Of a stretch of 64,000 nt of DNA, positions 28,456-38,350 are shown in pieces. Source of the stretch: Candidatus Eiseniibacteriota bacterium (GTDB taxonomy: Bacteria; Eisenbacteria; RBG-16-71-46); NCBI GenBank assembly GCA_963717505.1, contig OY970342.1, forward strand, positions 3,200,001 through 3,264,000, in the 5' to 3' direction. Under the pieces are notes generated by a model. It searched no databases and was not told the origin of the DNA. It was given only the letters and a program-made list of their open reading frames with translations. A program made the translations under genes and the position numbers. The first letter of the stretch is position 1, and the number at the start of each line of letters is the position of its first letter.

Positions 28456-31416
28456 ATGAACCGTAGGCAAACCCGCGAACACCGGTCAAACCCAGGCCGG
28501 AATCGGGCGCTGATCGCGTGCTCAGCCATCGCGATGCTCGCCCTGTTCTCCTGGGCTCGGGCGCAAACGCAGATCCCGAACCCGCGCGACAAGGAAATCG
28601 TGGCCACGGTGGCAGGCCGGCCGATCGACCGCGGGACGTACGAACGCGCCGCCCAGGGGATCCTCCGGCAGGCGCGTGGTACAGGAACCGACCCCCAGAG
28701 TCCGGCGGTGGAAAAACTCCTGCGCCGCCAGTCACTCGAGCAGCTCATTCGCCATCAGCTCCTGATACTCGAAGCCAAGCGCCAGAAGATCGCGGTGAGC
28801 GCGGCCGAGGTCGACGCCGAGTTCCGCACGCATCCGTACTTCAATGCCAACGGTCGATTCGACTCGGTGCGATACGCCAACGTCAAAGCCGCCAACTCGC
28901 CGGAGTATCGCACGAGCGTCGAGCGCATCCGCGAGGATCTCGCGGCCCGCAAGCTGGATGCGAAGATGCGCCGGCAGTTCACTCCGGAACTGGAACCGAT
29001 TCGGAAGCGCGTCGAACGCCGCCGGACCCGCGCGGACCTCGAATACTTCGCGCTGCGGATCGCCGAATTCGACGGGGACTACCCCGAGCCGCGCGAGACG
29101 GAGGTCCTGGCCTACTACCAGGCACACCGGCGCGATTTCGCGCGCCGCGACCGCGCTGAGGTCCAGGTGTTCGCCGTCCCGGCCGAGGACGAGAAGGCGC
29201 GCGCCGCCGCGCGCGCCGTGGCCGACAGCGTGCTGCGTGAGCTCGAACGGGGAACCACCTACGACGCCGCGGCGTCCGCGTTCGGTGGCTCGCGGCGGGG
29301 CCTGGTCGTGTCGCGCGGCGGCTTCCCGGCCGACTGGGTGATGAGCCCGGCGCTCGAGAACGCCGTGTTCCAGGCGTCGCCGGGCACGGTGCTCTCCGAG
29401 GCGGTCGCGTCTCAGGACGGCTGGCTGATCGTCCGCGTCCAGACCGTGAGCCCCGCCGGGCCCGCGCCGTTGGCCGACGTTGCACGTGAGATCCGCCGCA
29501 TCCTGCGAGATCGAGCTAGAGCGGCCGCCGACGAGGTCCCGATGCGCGAGCTCTACGCGCAGCGCGCATCGATGCTCCGGCAGCCCGCCTTTCGCGTCCG
29601 TTACGCTCGATTCGACGCCGAACGAATGCCCGACGCCAAACCCTCGTCGTCGGACCTCGAACAGTATTACCGCGCGCATCTGGCGGACTTCAGCGTCTAC
29701 GACGAACGCAGCGGCACCATCCGCACCCGCGAACTCGACGAGGTGCGCCCGCAGGTGACGACGGGTTGGCGTGACGCGCGACGGGTTCGCGATGCCCGTG
29801 CGGCCGCGGAGAAGCTGGTATCGGTCTGGCAACGCGGGCGTCGGGACTCGAAACTCGAACGCACCGCAACCCTGATCCGCGATCCGGAGCCGGCGCCGCT
29901 CGGATCCCCGGTCGACACCGGCGGGGTCGGCCGGATCCTCGGAGATTCGCTGTCCGCTCGGAACGGAGCGCTGGGGACCGGCATGATGCCGACCCAGGGT
30001 GGCGCCGTCGTCTTCCACGTGCTCGAACGCATTGCCGACTGGGTTCCATCCTTCGAGGCCTATCGTCCGACGCTCGAAACCGAGCTGGCTCGCGAGCGGG
30101 CCGAACGAGACGAGGCGGCGGCGCGCGCGATGTTCGATCGCGACCCGTTGCGGTTCGCCGAGGGGGACGTCATCCACTTCACGGAAATGGTGGTCCTGAT
30201 TCCCGACATGCTCCAGGTGCCACTCACACGGCAGGAAGTCGAACGCCATCACCTGGAACACATCGAAGACTACGCCGCTCCCGAAGAAGTGCGCGTCCGA
30301 CACATCCTGATCAGCCCCAAGGATTCGAGCCCCGAGGCGGATGCGGCAGCCCGCCGGCAGGCCGAGGAACTGCTGACCCGCATACGCGGTGGCGAGGACA
30401 TCCAGACGCTCGCCCGCCAGTATTCGGAGGATCCGGCGACGCGGGAGAAAGGCGGCGACGTCGGTTTCTTCTCGCGCGGCCGCATGCTGCCCGAGTTCGA
30501 GCGTGTCTCCTTCTCGCTCAAGCCCGGCGAGATCAGCGAGGTCGTCCGCACCCAGGTGGGCTACCACATCATCCAGCTCGCGGATCGAATCCCGCTTTCT
30601 GCGGAACCGCTCGAGCATGTCTACCCCAACGTCGGGGCAGACGCGGCAACTCTCAAGGGCGAACGGATCGCGCAGGAGCGGGCGGACAGTCTGCGCCGGG
30701 TGTTGCGCACCGCGAGCCAGGCCCAGGCCGCGGCCAAACGCCAGGGCCACGAAATCTGGAACCGCCGCCTGCACACCGGTGAGATCGCGAGCATGCCGAC
30801 GCGACTTCAGCCGTACTTCCGCGCCATCCAGGCGCTCAAACCGGGGCAGATCCTGGGCGAGACTCGCTACCTCAAAGGCCACGGTATCGCGTTCGCGTGG
30901 CTCGACAGCATCGCCCCCGAGGATCGTCCGGAATGGTCGCAGGCGCGCGAGCGGGTGATGCAGGTGTGGGAAGCGGAACGAATCGGACACCGTCTCGCCG
31001 CGAAGCGAGCCGAGCTCGACTCGATGGAGGCCGCGGGCTGGCCGGTCGACAGCCTGGGCGCCCTCTGGGGCGGTTTCGAGCACGTCACCGACATCGCGCC
31101 CGGCCGAGGGTTGCCGACACTCGGCGCCCCGGTCGTCGTGGACTCGCTGGTGTTCGGACGATCGACGCCGCCGATGCCGCTGGGGGTGCTCAGTGGCTGG
31201 ATGGATCTGGGACGCGCGATCGGTCGCATGCGGGTCACCGACCGGCGCGCACCTTCGAAGGAGTTCGTGGACGAACAGGTGGAGCGCGAGCGCCGGCTCG
31301 AGATCGAACGCGGACTCTTCGGATGGTACGACCGCCTGAAGGGCGTTTTTGCGGTCGAGATCCTGGATCGCGAGCTGTCCGAGGTCACCCTGCCGCACCC
31401 GCCACCGCCGGACTGA
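28456..31416 (+). CDS. Large PpiD/SurA-like periplasmic chaperone / parvulin peptidyl-prolyl isomerase; start may be slightly downstream
   Basis: SurA_N-like VATVAG...LEQLI...LILEAKR...VS; parvulin RVRHILI...LARQYSEDP...GGDVGFF...PEFE...GYHIIQ. Confidence 0.85.
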   Translation: MNRRQTREHRSNPGRNRALIACSAIAMLALFSWARAQTQIPNPRDKEIVATVAGRPIDRGTYERAAQGILRQARGTGTDPQSPAVEKLLRRQSLEQLIRHQLLILEAKRQKIAVSAAEVDAEFRTHPYFNANGRFDSVRYANVKAANSPEYRTSVERIREDLAARKLDAKMRRQFTPELEPIRKRVERRRTRADLEYFALRIAEFDGDYPEPRETEVLAYYQAHRRDFARRDRAEVQVFAVPAEDEKARAAARAVADSVLRELERGTTYDAAASAFGGSRRGLVVSRGGFPADWVMSPALENAVFQASPGTVLSEAVASQDGWLIVRVQTVSPAGPAPLADVAREIRRILRDRARAAADEVPMRELYAQRASMLRQPAFRVRYARFDAERMPDAKPSSSDLEQYYRAHLADFSVYDERSGTIRTRELDEVRPQVTTGWRDARRVRDARAAAEKLVSVWQRGRRDSKLERTATLIRDPEPAPLGSPVDTGGVGRILGDSLSARNGALGTGMMPTQGGAVVFHVLERIADWVPSFEAYRPTLETELARERAERDEAAARAMFDRDPLRFAEGDVIHFTEMVVLIPDMLQVPLTRQEVERHHLEHIEDYAAPEEVRVRHILISPKDSSPEADAAARRQAEELLTRIRGGEDIQTLARQYSEDPATREKGGDVGFFSRGRMLPEFERVSFSLKPGEISEVVRTQVGYHIIQLADRIPLSAEPLEHVYPNVGADAATLKGERIAQERADSLRRVLRTASQAQAAAKRQGHEIWNRRLHTGEIASMPTRLQPYFRAIQALKPGQILGETRYLKGHGIAFAWLDSIAPEDRPEWSQARERVMQVWEAERIGHRLAAKRAELDSMEAAGWPVDSLGALWGGFEHVTDIAPGRGLPTLGAPVVVDSLVFGRSTPPMPLGVLSGWMDLGRAIGRMRVTDRRAPSKEFVDEQVERERRLEIERGLFGWYDRLKGVFAVEILDRELSEVTLPHPPPPD
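28460..28489 (-). promoter_or_regulatory. Putative promoter for a leaderless pgeF transcript
   Basis: Minus strand TTGACC-N18-TACGGT-N6-GTG start. Confidence 0.55.
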
Positions 31417-31459
31417 ACCCTGCACCCGACCGGTCCCGAGTGATAGGGTCGGGTTCCCG

Positions 31460-32332
31460 ATGACGATTCCGACTTCCGTTTCACCGAGCCGCGTCGTGCT
31501 CGTCGATCTCGATTGGGCCGATGCCGATCTCCTGCCGGAGTTGTTGCGGCAGGCTCGGGTCCAGGTCCGTAAGGTCGCTGGCCGGTCCACGCGCGATCCG
31601 GGGATGCGCCTCGCTGAACTGTGCGGCGTGCCGCGCACACTCGAGCTCGAAGATCTGGCCCGCGACTCGTTCGACGTCGCCGTCGTCGGCTCGGCGAGTT
31701 CGCGGCGACAACGCATCGACGAGCTGGTTGGCCGGGCGGGCGCCACGCTCCTCGAGCCTCGCCAGTGGGTCGGCGATCCCCATGGGCAATCGCGAGACGA
31801 TATCGTGCCGCCTCGATCCGGGCCGGACCTCACCGAGCTCACGCCCGAAGCGCTGGCCGAGCGGGTCGATTCCGCGATCCCGGATCTGACCCCTTCGCCG
31901 GGAGCGGATCGCGACCCCGGAACCCATCCGACCTCGACCGGCCGAATGTGGCTCTCGGCTCGCGCGTTGGAGGCGCGCCTCGAGGATGCGCTCGAGCGTC
32001 ACTCGCGTGCGGGAATGCCGTTCGTCGCCCATCGTTTGCGAGCCGAAGCGAATCCCGGTTGGGCCGAGTCCTCATGGAACGACCTGGTCGCCGATCTGCG
32101 CTCGGACGATGCGTTTGGGCGGACCGGACCGGAAACGATGCTGGTGTTGAGTCTGGGTTCCGCCACCGCGTTCGCCCCGATTCTCGAACGGTTTGGCGAG
32201 CGCTGGCAGATCGCATCAAGCCAGCATCCGTCGGAGCGCGCCGCCTGGTTCTGTGAGCGGATCGAATTGACCAGCCGCGCCGACGCGCCGTTGTTTCGTG
32301 CCGTCGTCCAGGGCTGGCTCCGCTCCGGCTGA
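31460..32332 (+). CDS. Hypothetical protein: Rossmann-like N-terminus and degenerate GGDEF-like C-terminus
   Basis: RVVLVD...PGMRLAELCGVP; C-terminal LRSDDAFGRTGPETMLVL resembles the GGDEF A-site region without the motif. Confidence 0.55.
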   Translation: MTIPTSVSPSRVVLVDLDWADADLLPELLRQARVQVRKVAGRSTRDPGMRLAELCGVPRTLELEDLARDSFDVAVVGSASSRRQRIDELVGRAGATLLEPRQWVGDPHGQSRDDIVPPRSGPDLTELTPEALAERVDSAIPDLTPSPGADRDPGTHPTSTGRMWLSARALEARLEDALERHSRAGMPFVAHRLRAEANPGWAESSWNDLVADLRSDDAFGRTGPETMLVLSLGSATAFAPILERFGERWQIASSQHPSERAAWFCERIELTSRADAPLFRAVVQGWLRSG

Positions 32333-32421
32333 GTCGAGAGCGACTCCCGAGCCACGCTACGTATCGTGGCCGGTCGCGCCGGCCGCATGATAGGTTCCGT
32401 GGCCAACCCACTGGAGGCCCG

Positions 32422-34218
32422 GTGTCCCGGACGATCCGCAGGCTTGCGCCCGCCACCGCTTCGCGCATCGCCGCGGGCGAAGTCATCGAGCGACCGTTGT
32501 CGGCGCTCAAGGAGCTGCTCGAGAACGCCCTCGACGCGGGAGCGAGCAGCATCGAAGTGCGCATCGAGCGCTCGCTCGACCACGCCCTGTCGGTGGCGGA
32601 CGATGGCTCCGGCATCGCCGCGGCCGATCTCGAGCTGGCACTCGAGCGACACGCGACCAGCAAGCTCACGGCGCTCGAAGACCTGGACCGATTGAGCACG
32701 CTCGGATTTCGCGGTGAGGCGCTGCCGAGCATCGCCGCGGTCAGCCGCATGCGGATCACCAGCCGAACCGGCGACCGTGACTCGGCGAGCTACGTCGGCG
32801 TCGACGGGGGCGAGGTCACCGAGCGGGGCGCGGCACCGCGCGCGCCCGGCACGACGGTCGAAGTTCGCGATCTGTTCTTCAATACCCCCGCGCGGCGGAA
32901 GTTCCTCAATCGCCCGGCGGGCGAGCTGCGCTCGGGCCTGCGCCTGGTCGAGTCCTACGCCCTGGCGTTCCCCGAGGTCGGGTTTCGCGTCGTGGTCGAC
33001 GATCGCGAGCGCCTGGCTCTGCCCGCGGCTCGCGATCGCCGCGATCGTGCGCGTGCGATCTGGGGACCACGACACGCAGATCAGCTGATCGCGGCCGGGG
33101 GGGAACGCGAAGGTCTGCGCCTGGACGCCTTGCTCGGCCTCCCCGAGCACGCTCGCGCCAATCGCGAAGGACTGGTGGTGATCGTCAATCGGCGTTGGAT
33201 CCAGAGCCCCATGGTCGGCCAGGCCCTGCGCCAGGCCTACGGCAATCTGTTACCCGCTGGCCGATTCCCGGCGGCGGCACTCTGGTTGACCGTGCCGCCC
33301 GATCGCCTCGACGTCAACGTGCACCCGACGAAACGCGAGGTCCGCTTCGCGGACGATCGCGAGGTATTCGCGCTGGTGGCTGGCACGTGCGCGCGCAGCC
33401 TCGCGGGATTGCACCCGCCGTTCAGCGTGGTCCCGGGCGGACCGGGATCCGGTCGCTGGAGCGATCACGTGCGGGAACGCTCCCATGATGCGGCTTCGCA
33501 CGCTCGGCCCGCCCTGTCCGAGGGCGCAAGCCCGGTGGCGCTGGCGCCCGAGCTGCCGGGCCTCGCGGAGTCGGCGCGGCGGCCGGCGGGCGATCCGGAA
33601 GCGCGGCCGGCCGCAGCGGCCGTGGCCGCCACCCCCGCGATCGGCGTCGAGCCCGAGCTCTGGCAGTTGCATCGGACGTACATCCTGGCCCCGGTGCGCG
33701 GCGCACTGGTCATCATCGACCAGCACGCGGCGCACGAACGGGTGCTCTACGAAGCGGCGCGGGCGCGACTTCAAGGCGCGCGCGGGTCTTCGCAGCAGCT
33801 GTTGTTCCCGGCGCTCGTCGACCTGAGCCGAAGTCAGTACGACCAGTTGCTCGAATTGGGCCCATGGCTCCAGCAGCTGGGATGGGATCTCTCGCTGCTG
33901 GGACCGCCGACCGCCGTGATCCAGGGGACGCCGGCCGAGGTCAAAGACGAGGATCCCGGCGCGTTTCTGGTCGATCTCCTCGAGGGCGTCGCCGAGGACA
34001 CCGCCCGATCGCCGGCCGACGACGTGGCCGAGCACCTGGCGCGCGTCCACGCCTGCCATGCCGCGGTCAAAGCCGGCGACCCGCTGACTCCCGCGGAAAT
34101 GCGGGCCCTGGTGGATCGATTGTTCGCGACCGACCTGCCGCACGGAGATCCCCACGGGCGCGCGACGTTCGTTCGGCTCGAACTCGCGGAACTGCATCGC
34201 CGATTCGGCCGGAGCTGA
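32422..34218 (+). CDS. mutL: DNA mismatch repair endonuclease MutL
   Basis: IAAGEVIERP, ENALDAG, HATSK, GFRGEAL, DVNVHPTK, DQHAAHER, ACHAAVK, PHGR. Confidence 0.97.
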   Translation: MSRTIRRLAPATASRIAAGEVIERPLSALKELLENALDAGASSIEVRIERSLDHALSVADDGSGIAAADLELALERHATSKLTALEDLDRLSTLGFRGEALPSIAAVSRMRITSRTGDRDSASYVGVDGGEVTERGAAPRAPGTTVEVRDLFFNTPARRKFLNRPAGELRSGLRLVESYALAFPEVGFRVVVDDRERLALPAARDRRDRARAIWGPRHADQLIAAGGEREGLRLDALLGLPEHARANREGLVVIVNRRWIQSPMVGQALRQAYGNLLPAGRFPAAALWLTVPPDRLDVNVHPTKREVRFADDREVFALVAGTCARSLAGLHPPFSVVPGGPGSGRWSDHVRERSHDAASHARPALSEGASPVALAPELPGLAESARRPAGDPEARPAAAAVAATPAIGVEPELWQLHRTYILAPVRGALVIIDQHAAHERVLYEAARARLQGARGSSQQLLFPALVDLSRSQYDQLLELGPWLQQLGWDLSLLGPPTAVIQGTPAEVKDEDPGAFLVDLLEGVAEDTARSPADDVAEHLARVHACHAAVKAGDPLTPAEMRALVDRLFATDLPHGDPHGRATFVRLELAELHRRFGRS

Positions 34219-34219
34219 C

Positions 34220-35152
34220 GTGGGGCGTGATTCCCGGCGCGTGTTCGCGCTGCTCGGGGCGACCGCGACCGGCAAGACGGCGGTCTCGGAGTCCGCGGCG
34301 CGGCAGCACGGACTCGAGATCGTGTGCGCCGATGCCCGGCAGGTGTTCGTCGAGCTCGAGCTGGGGACTGGCAAGCCTTCTCCGATCGAGCGTGCCGGGG
34401 TCCCGCATCATCTGTTCGACCTGTGGACACTCGGTGCTCGGGCCAGCGCCGGCGGGTACGCGCGGGCAGCGTCCGCGGCGCTCGCCGGGATTCTCGAACG
34501 CGGTGGACGCCCGTTGCTGGTCGGTGGCTCCGGGCTCTACCTCAGGGCACTGATGCACGGGATCGCCGAAGAGCCCCCGCACGATCCGGCCGTGCGCGCG
34601 CGCCTGAAGGCCGAGGCGGAACGGGAGGGTGTGGCCACGTTGCACGCGCGCCTGCGCAACGTCGACCCCGAAGCCGCCGCGCGTCTGGCGCCGGCCGACG
34701 CGCAGCGCGTGTCGCGGGCGCTCGAAGTGTTCGAGGCCAGCGGCCGCACACAGACCTGGTGGCATCGGCGGCGTCCGGGACGCGGGCTCGAGGTCGAGTG
34801 GCGATCGGTCGAGCTGGTCGCCGATCCGGCGGATTTGGACTCGCGCATCGCGGAGCGCACGGCAGCGATGTTCGCCGGCGGGTTGATCGAGGAGACCGCA
34901 GGTCTGGTCGAGCGAGGCGCCGAGCCCGCCTTGCGCGCGCTCGCCGCCGTCGGCTACGACGAAGCCCTCGATCTGCTCGGCGGCCGACTGTCGCGGTCCG
35001 AAGCCGAGGCGCGGACGACGCGGCGCACGCGACAGCTCGGCAAGCGACAGCGCACGTGGTTCCGGCATCAGGTCACGGCCGAGCGCCTGGCGGTCGGCGG
35101 CCGCGACGCTGCCGACCTCGGAGAACTGGCGGCCGCCCACTGGTTCGGTTAG
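34220..35152 (+). CDS. miaA: tRNA dimethylallyltransferase
   Basis: GATATGKT, DARQVF, GTGKP, VPHHL, VGGSGLY, RALEV, KRQRTWF; mutL-miaA synteny. Confidence 0.95.
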   Translation: MGRDSRRVFALLGATATGKTAVSESAARQHGLEIVCADARQVFVELELGTGKPSPIERAGVPHHLFDLWTLGARASAGGYARAASAALAGILERGGRPLLVGGSGLYLRALMHGIAEEPPHDPAVRARLKAEAEREGVATLHARLRNVDPEAAARLAPADAQRVSRALEVFEASGRTQTWWHRRRPGRGLEVEWRSVELVADPADLDSRIAERTAAMFAGGLIEETAGLVERGAEPALRALAAVGYDEALDLLGGRLSRSEAEARTTRRTRQLGKRQRTWFRHQVTAERLAVGGRDAADLGELAAAHWFG

Positions 35153-35180
35153 CCTCCGGGCTCAACCACGTCATTCGTAT

Positions 35181-35256
35181 GCGGGCATAGCTCAGTTGGT
35201 AGAGCGCGAGCTTCCCAAGCTTGAGGTCGCGGGTTCGACCCCCGTTGCCCGCTCCA
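35181..35256 (+). tRNA. tRNA-Gly(CCC)
   Basis: GCGGGCA acceptor, D-arm AGCTCAGTTGGTAGAGC, anticodon loop TTCCCAA, GGTTCGA T-loop, encoded CCA. Confidence 0.97.
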
Positions 35257-35315
35257 TTTCTTTCCGCGCGCCGGCACCGCCCTTGGTGGCGACCGGCGCG
35301 CCTGCCGCCCGGTCC

Positions 35316-36626
35316 ATGCCCGCACCCGTCATTGCCATCATCGGCCGACCCAACGTCGGCAAATCTACGCTGTTCAACCGCATCCTGGGCGAGCGACGCG
35401 CCGTCGTCCACGACCGGCCGGGGATCACGCGCGACCGAAACGCGGTGCGCACCGAGTGGACCGGCCGGCCGTTCGTGCTGATCGACACCGGAGGGTTCCT
35501 GCCGGGGGCGGCGGAGGGGCGTGAGGCGCGCGTGCGACGACAAGCCGAGGCGGCGATCGGCCACGCCGACCTGGTGCTGTTCCTGGTCGATGCCAAGACC
35601 GGTGCGACCGACCTCGATCAGGCGATCGCTCAGGCGCTGCGAAAGCACGGGAGCTCCTGCCTGCTGGTGGTCAACAAGGTGGATCGCCCCGGCGATACGA
35701 TCGTGCACGACTTCCATCGGCTGGGCCTGGGCGAGCCGTTCCCGATCTCCGCCGAGAATGGCTTCGGCATCGGCGACCTGCTCGACCAGTTGCTCGGCAT
35801 GCTGCCCGAGCGTGTGACCGAGGAGGAGGCCGACACGCCGCGGATCGCGATCGTCGGCCGGCCCAACGTCGGCAAGTCTTCGTTGGTCAACGCGCTGCTC
35901 GGGGAAGAACGCATGGTGGTCGAGCCCGAACCGGGCACGACCATGGACGCGGTCGACAGTGCGTGGAAGACTCCCGCCGGCGAATTCGTGCTGGTCGACA
36001 CCGCCGGGATCCGCCGCCAGGCGCACTTCCGCGACGAGGCGGAGTTCTATGCGACGGTGCGTGCGCTGCACGCCCTGGAACGCGCCGACGTCGCATGCAT
36101 CGTGGTCGACACCGTCGAGGGCTTCGAGCGCCAGGAGGCGCGACTCGTCCATCAGGCCCTCGAGGCCGGCTGTTCGGTCCTCCTGCTCTTCAACAAGTGG
36201 GATCGGGTCGAGGATCGCGAAGCGCGCTGGAAGCAGATCGGCCGCGATCTCGAGGAGCGCTACCCGACCCTCGGCGCCCTGCCGGCGATGCCGGTTTCCG
36301 CCACCGAGCGCATCCACCTGGGCCGGCTGCCGGCGGCGATCGCGAAACGCGTCGCCGAGCATCGACGGCGGCTGACCACGCCCGAGCTCAACCGCTGGCT
36401 CAAGGAGGTGCAGCTTCGGCGCGCGGTTCCCTCGACGCGCCTCGGCCGGGTTCCGCGTCTCTACTACGTGACTCAGACCGGATCCGGGCCGCCCGAGTTC
36501 ACGTTGTTCGCCAACGAGCCGCGGCGCTTGGGCGACAACTACCGGCGATACCTCTGGTCGGATCTCGTCAGCGCCTTCGATTTCCAAGGCACCCCGGTTC
36601 GTCTTAAGGTGCGCAAGAGCGACTAG
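35316..36626 (+). CDS. der: Ribosome biogenesis GTPase Der
   Basis: Two G domains (GRPNVGKS twice, DTGG/DTAG, NKVD/NKWD) and KH-like tail ending GTPVRL. Confidence 0.97.
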   Translation: MPAPVIAIIGRPNVGKSTLFNRILGERRAVVHDRPGITRDRNAVRTEWTGRPFVLIDTGGFLPGAAEGREARVRRQAEAAIGHADLVLFLVDAKTGATDLDQAIAQALRKHGSSCLLVVNKVDRPGDTIVHDFHRLGLGEPFPISAENGFGIGDLLDQLLGMLPERVTEEEADTPRIAIVGRPNVGKSSLVNALLGEERMVVEPEPGTTMDAVDSAWKTPAGEFVLVDTAGIRRQAHFRDEAEFYATVRALHALERADVACIVVDTVEGFERQEARLVHQALEAGCSVLLLFNKWDRVEDREARWKQIGRDLEERYPTLGALPAMPVSATERIHLGRLPAAIAKRVAEHRRRLTTPELNRWLKEVQLRRAVPSTRLGRVPRLYYVTQTGSGPPEFTLFANEPRRLGDNYRRYLWSDLVSAFDFQGTPVRLKVRKSD

Positions 36627-36668
36627 CCCGGAGTCGCAGGGCAGCGCTCGAGCGCCTAGCATGGGGGA

Positions 36669-37301
36669 GTGGTGATCACGTCGCTGATTGCGTGCCTCGG
36701 CATCGGCTACCTGTGCGGTTCGCTGCCGTGGGGCCTGTGGCTCGGGCTTTGGTTCCGTGGCGTCGACGTGCGCACCCTCGGGTCGGGGAACCTCGGCGCG
36801 ACCAACGTGTTTCGCTCTCTCGGCCGCGGCCTGGGTTTGCTGACCATGGCACTCGACATCCTCAAGGGCACCCTGCCCGTGCTCCTGGTGCCCATGTTGC
36901 CGATCGCGGCTCAGTTCCCGGGCGGTCGCGACTGGTGCGCGATCACGGTCGGGGCCGGCGCGGTGATGGGCCACATGTGGACTTTTCTCGCCGGGTTTCG
37001 CGGCGGCAAAGGCGTGGCGGTCACCGGCGGGGCGCTGCTCGGCCTGTCGTTGTTCGCCTCGGCGGTCGCGATCTCGGTGTTCGTCATGACCGTGGCCATC
37101 ACGCGTTACATCTCGCTCGGCTCGATCATCGGCTCGCTGGCGTTCGCGATCGTTCTGGTCGTTCGTTCGGGCGGCCGCTTCACGCCACTCGCGGTGTTCG
37201 GGTGCCTGGCCGCCCTGCTCATCGTCGTCCGGCATCGCGAGAACATCGGCCGGCTGATGCGCGGCGAGGAACGCCGCTTCTCGTGGTCGGCGCGTTCGTG
37301 A
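36669..37301 (+). CDS. plsY: Glycerol-3-phosphate acyltransferase PlsY
   Basis: GSGNLGATN, DILKG, GH...FRGGKGVA, RHRENIGRL..GEE. Confidence 0.96.
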   Translation: MVITSLIACLGIGYLCGSLPWGLWLGLWFRGVDVRTLGSGNLGATNVFRSLGRGLGLLTMALDILKGTLPVLLVPMLPIAAQFPGGRDWCAITVGAGAVMGHMWTFLAGFRGGKGVAVTGGALLGLSLFASAVAISVFVMTVAITRYISLGSIIGSLAFAIVLVVRSGGRFTPLAVFGCLAALLIVVRHRENIGRLMRGEERRFSWSARS

Positions 37302-37338
37302 CCGGGTTGGTCTCGGTCACGGGTCGGATCCGGGTCCG

Positions 37339-38328
37339 ATGAGCCGCATCGCTGTGCTAGGTGCGGGGTCGTGGGGGACCACGTTGGCGGTCCATCTCGC
37401 GAACAACGGCCATGGGGTTTCCCTGTGGGGACGTAGCGCCGATCAGATGTCCCGAATCGAGCAATCCCGAGAGAACGCGAAGTTTTTGCCTGGCATCCGC
37501 CTGCCGGAGCAGGTTAAGGTTCGCGCGGAACTTGAGCATGCGGTCGGCGGCGCCGAGATCGTGGTCTACGCGGTTCCGAGCCAGGCGATTCGCGAGACTT
37601 CGAAACAGGCGGCGGCCGCAGGCGCCGGCGGAATTCCGGTGTGTGTCACCAAGGGACTGGAACATGGAACCCTGGCACGGATGAGCGAGGTCCTGTCGGC
37701 GACGTTGTCCGATCCCGAGCCGGTCGTGCTCACCGGACCGAGTCATGCGGAGGAAGTCAGCCTGGGGATTCCGACCTCGGTGGTCTCGGCGTCCGACCAC
37801 GCCGGTCGGGCCGAGACGATCCAGGCGGCGTTCAACTCGAACCGGTTCCGCGTCTACACCAACGACGACGTCATCGGTTGCGAGGTGGGAGGGGCGCTCA
37901 AGAACGTGATCGCGATCGCCGCAGGGGTTTGCGATGGCATTGGCTTCGGCGACAACACCAAGGGGGCGCTCCTGACGCGCGGGCTGGCCGAGATCGCGCG
38001 CCTGGGTGTCAGTCTGGGGGCGCGCCGCGAGACGTTCTATGGGCTCGCCGGTATGGGCGACCTGATTGCCACGGCGATGAGCCGCCACAGTCGCAACCGG
38101 GCGGTCGGCGAACGCCTCGGGCGCGACGAGTCGCTCGGCCATGTGCTCGCCTCGATGACCATGGTGGCCGAAGGCGTCCACACCGCCCGCGCCGCGCGCG
38201 ACATGGGTCGCAGGCAAGGCGTGGAGCTGCCGATCACCGACCAGATTTGCGCCGTGCTCTTCGAACGACGTGCGCCGCGTGAGGCGCTGCAATCGTTGAT
38301 GGCCCGCGATCCCAAGCGCGAGGACTAG
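37339..38328 (+). CDS. gpsA: NAD(P)H-dependent glycerol-3-phosphate dehydrogenase
   Basis: GAGSWGT, TKGLE, GPSHA, GALKNVIA, GLAGMGDL, SRN, AEG. Confidence 0.97.
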   Translation: MSRIAVLGAGSWGTTLAVHLANNGHGVSLWGRSADQMSRIEQSRENAKFLPGIRLPEQVKVRAELEHAVGGAEIVVYAVPSQAIRETSKQAAAAGAGGIPVCVTKGLEHGTLARMSEVLSATLSDPEPVVLTGPSHAEEVSLGIPTSVVSASDHAGRAETIQAAFNSNRFRVYTNDDVIGCEVGGALKNVIAIAAGVCDGIGFGDNTKGALLTRGLAEIARLGVSLGARRETFYGLAGMGDLIATAMSRHSRNRAVGERLGRDESLGHVLASMTMVAEGVHTARAARDMGRRQGVELPITDQICAVLFERRAPREALQSLMARDPKRED

Positions 38329-38350
38329 CGCGCCGACGGAAGGAGGAGAC

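Noticed and set aside
28732-31842. 1036-aa minus-strand ORF
   Set aside because: Antisense shadow of the PpiD-like gene; stops are scarce at this GC content
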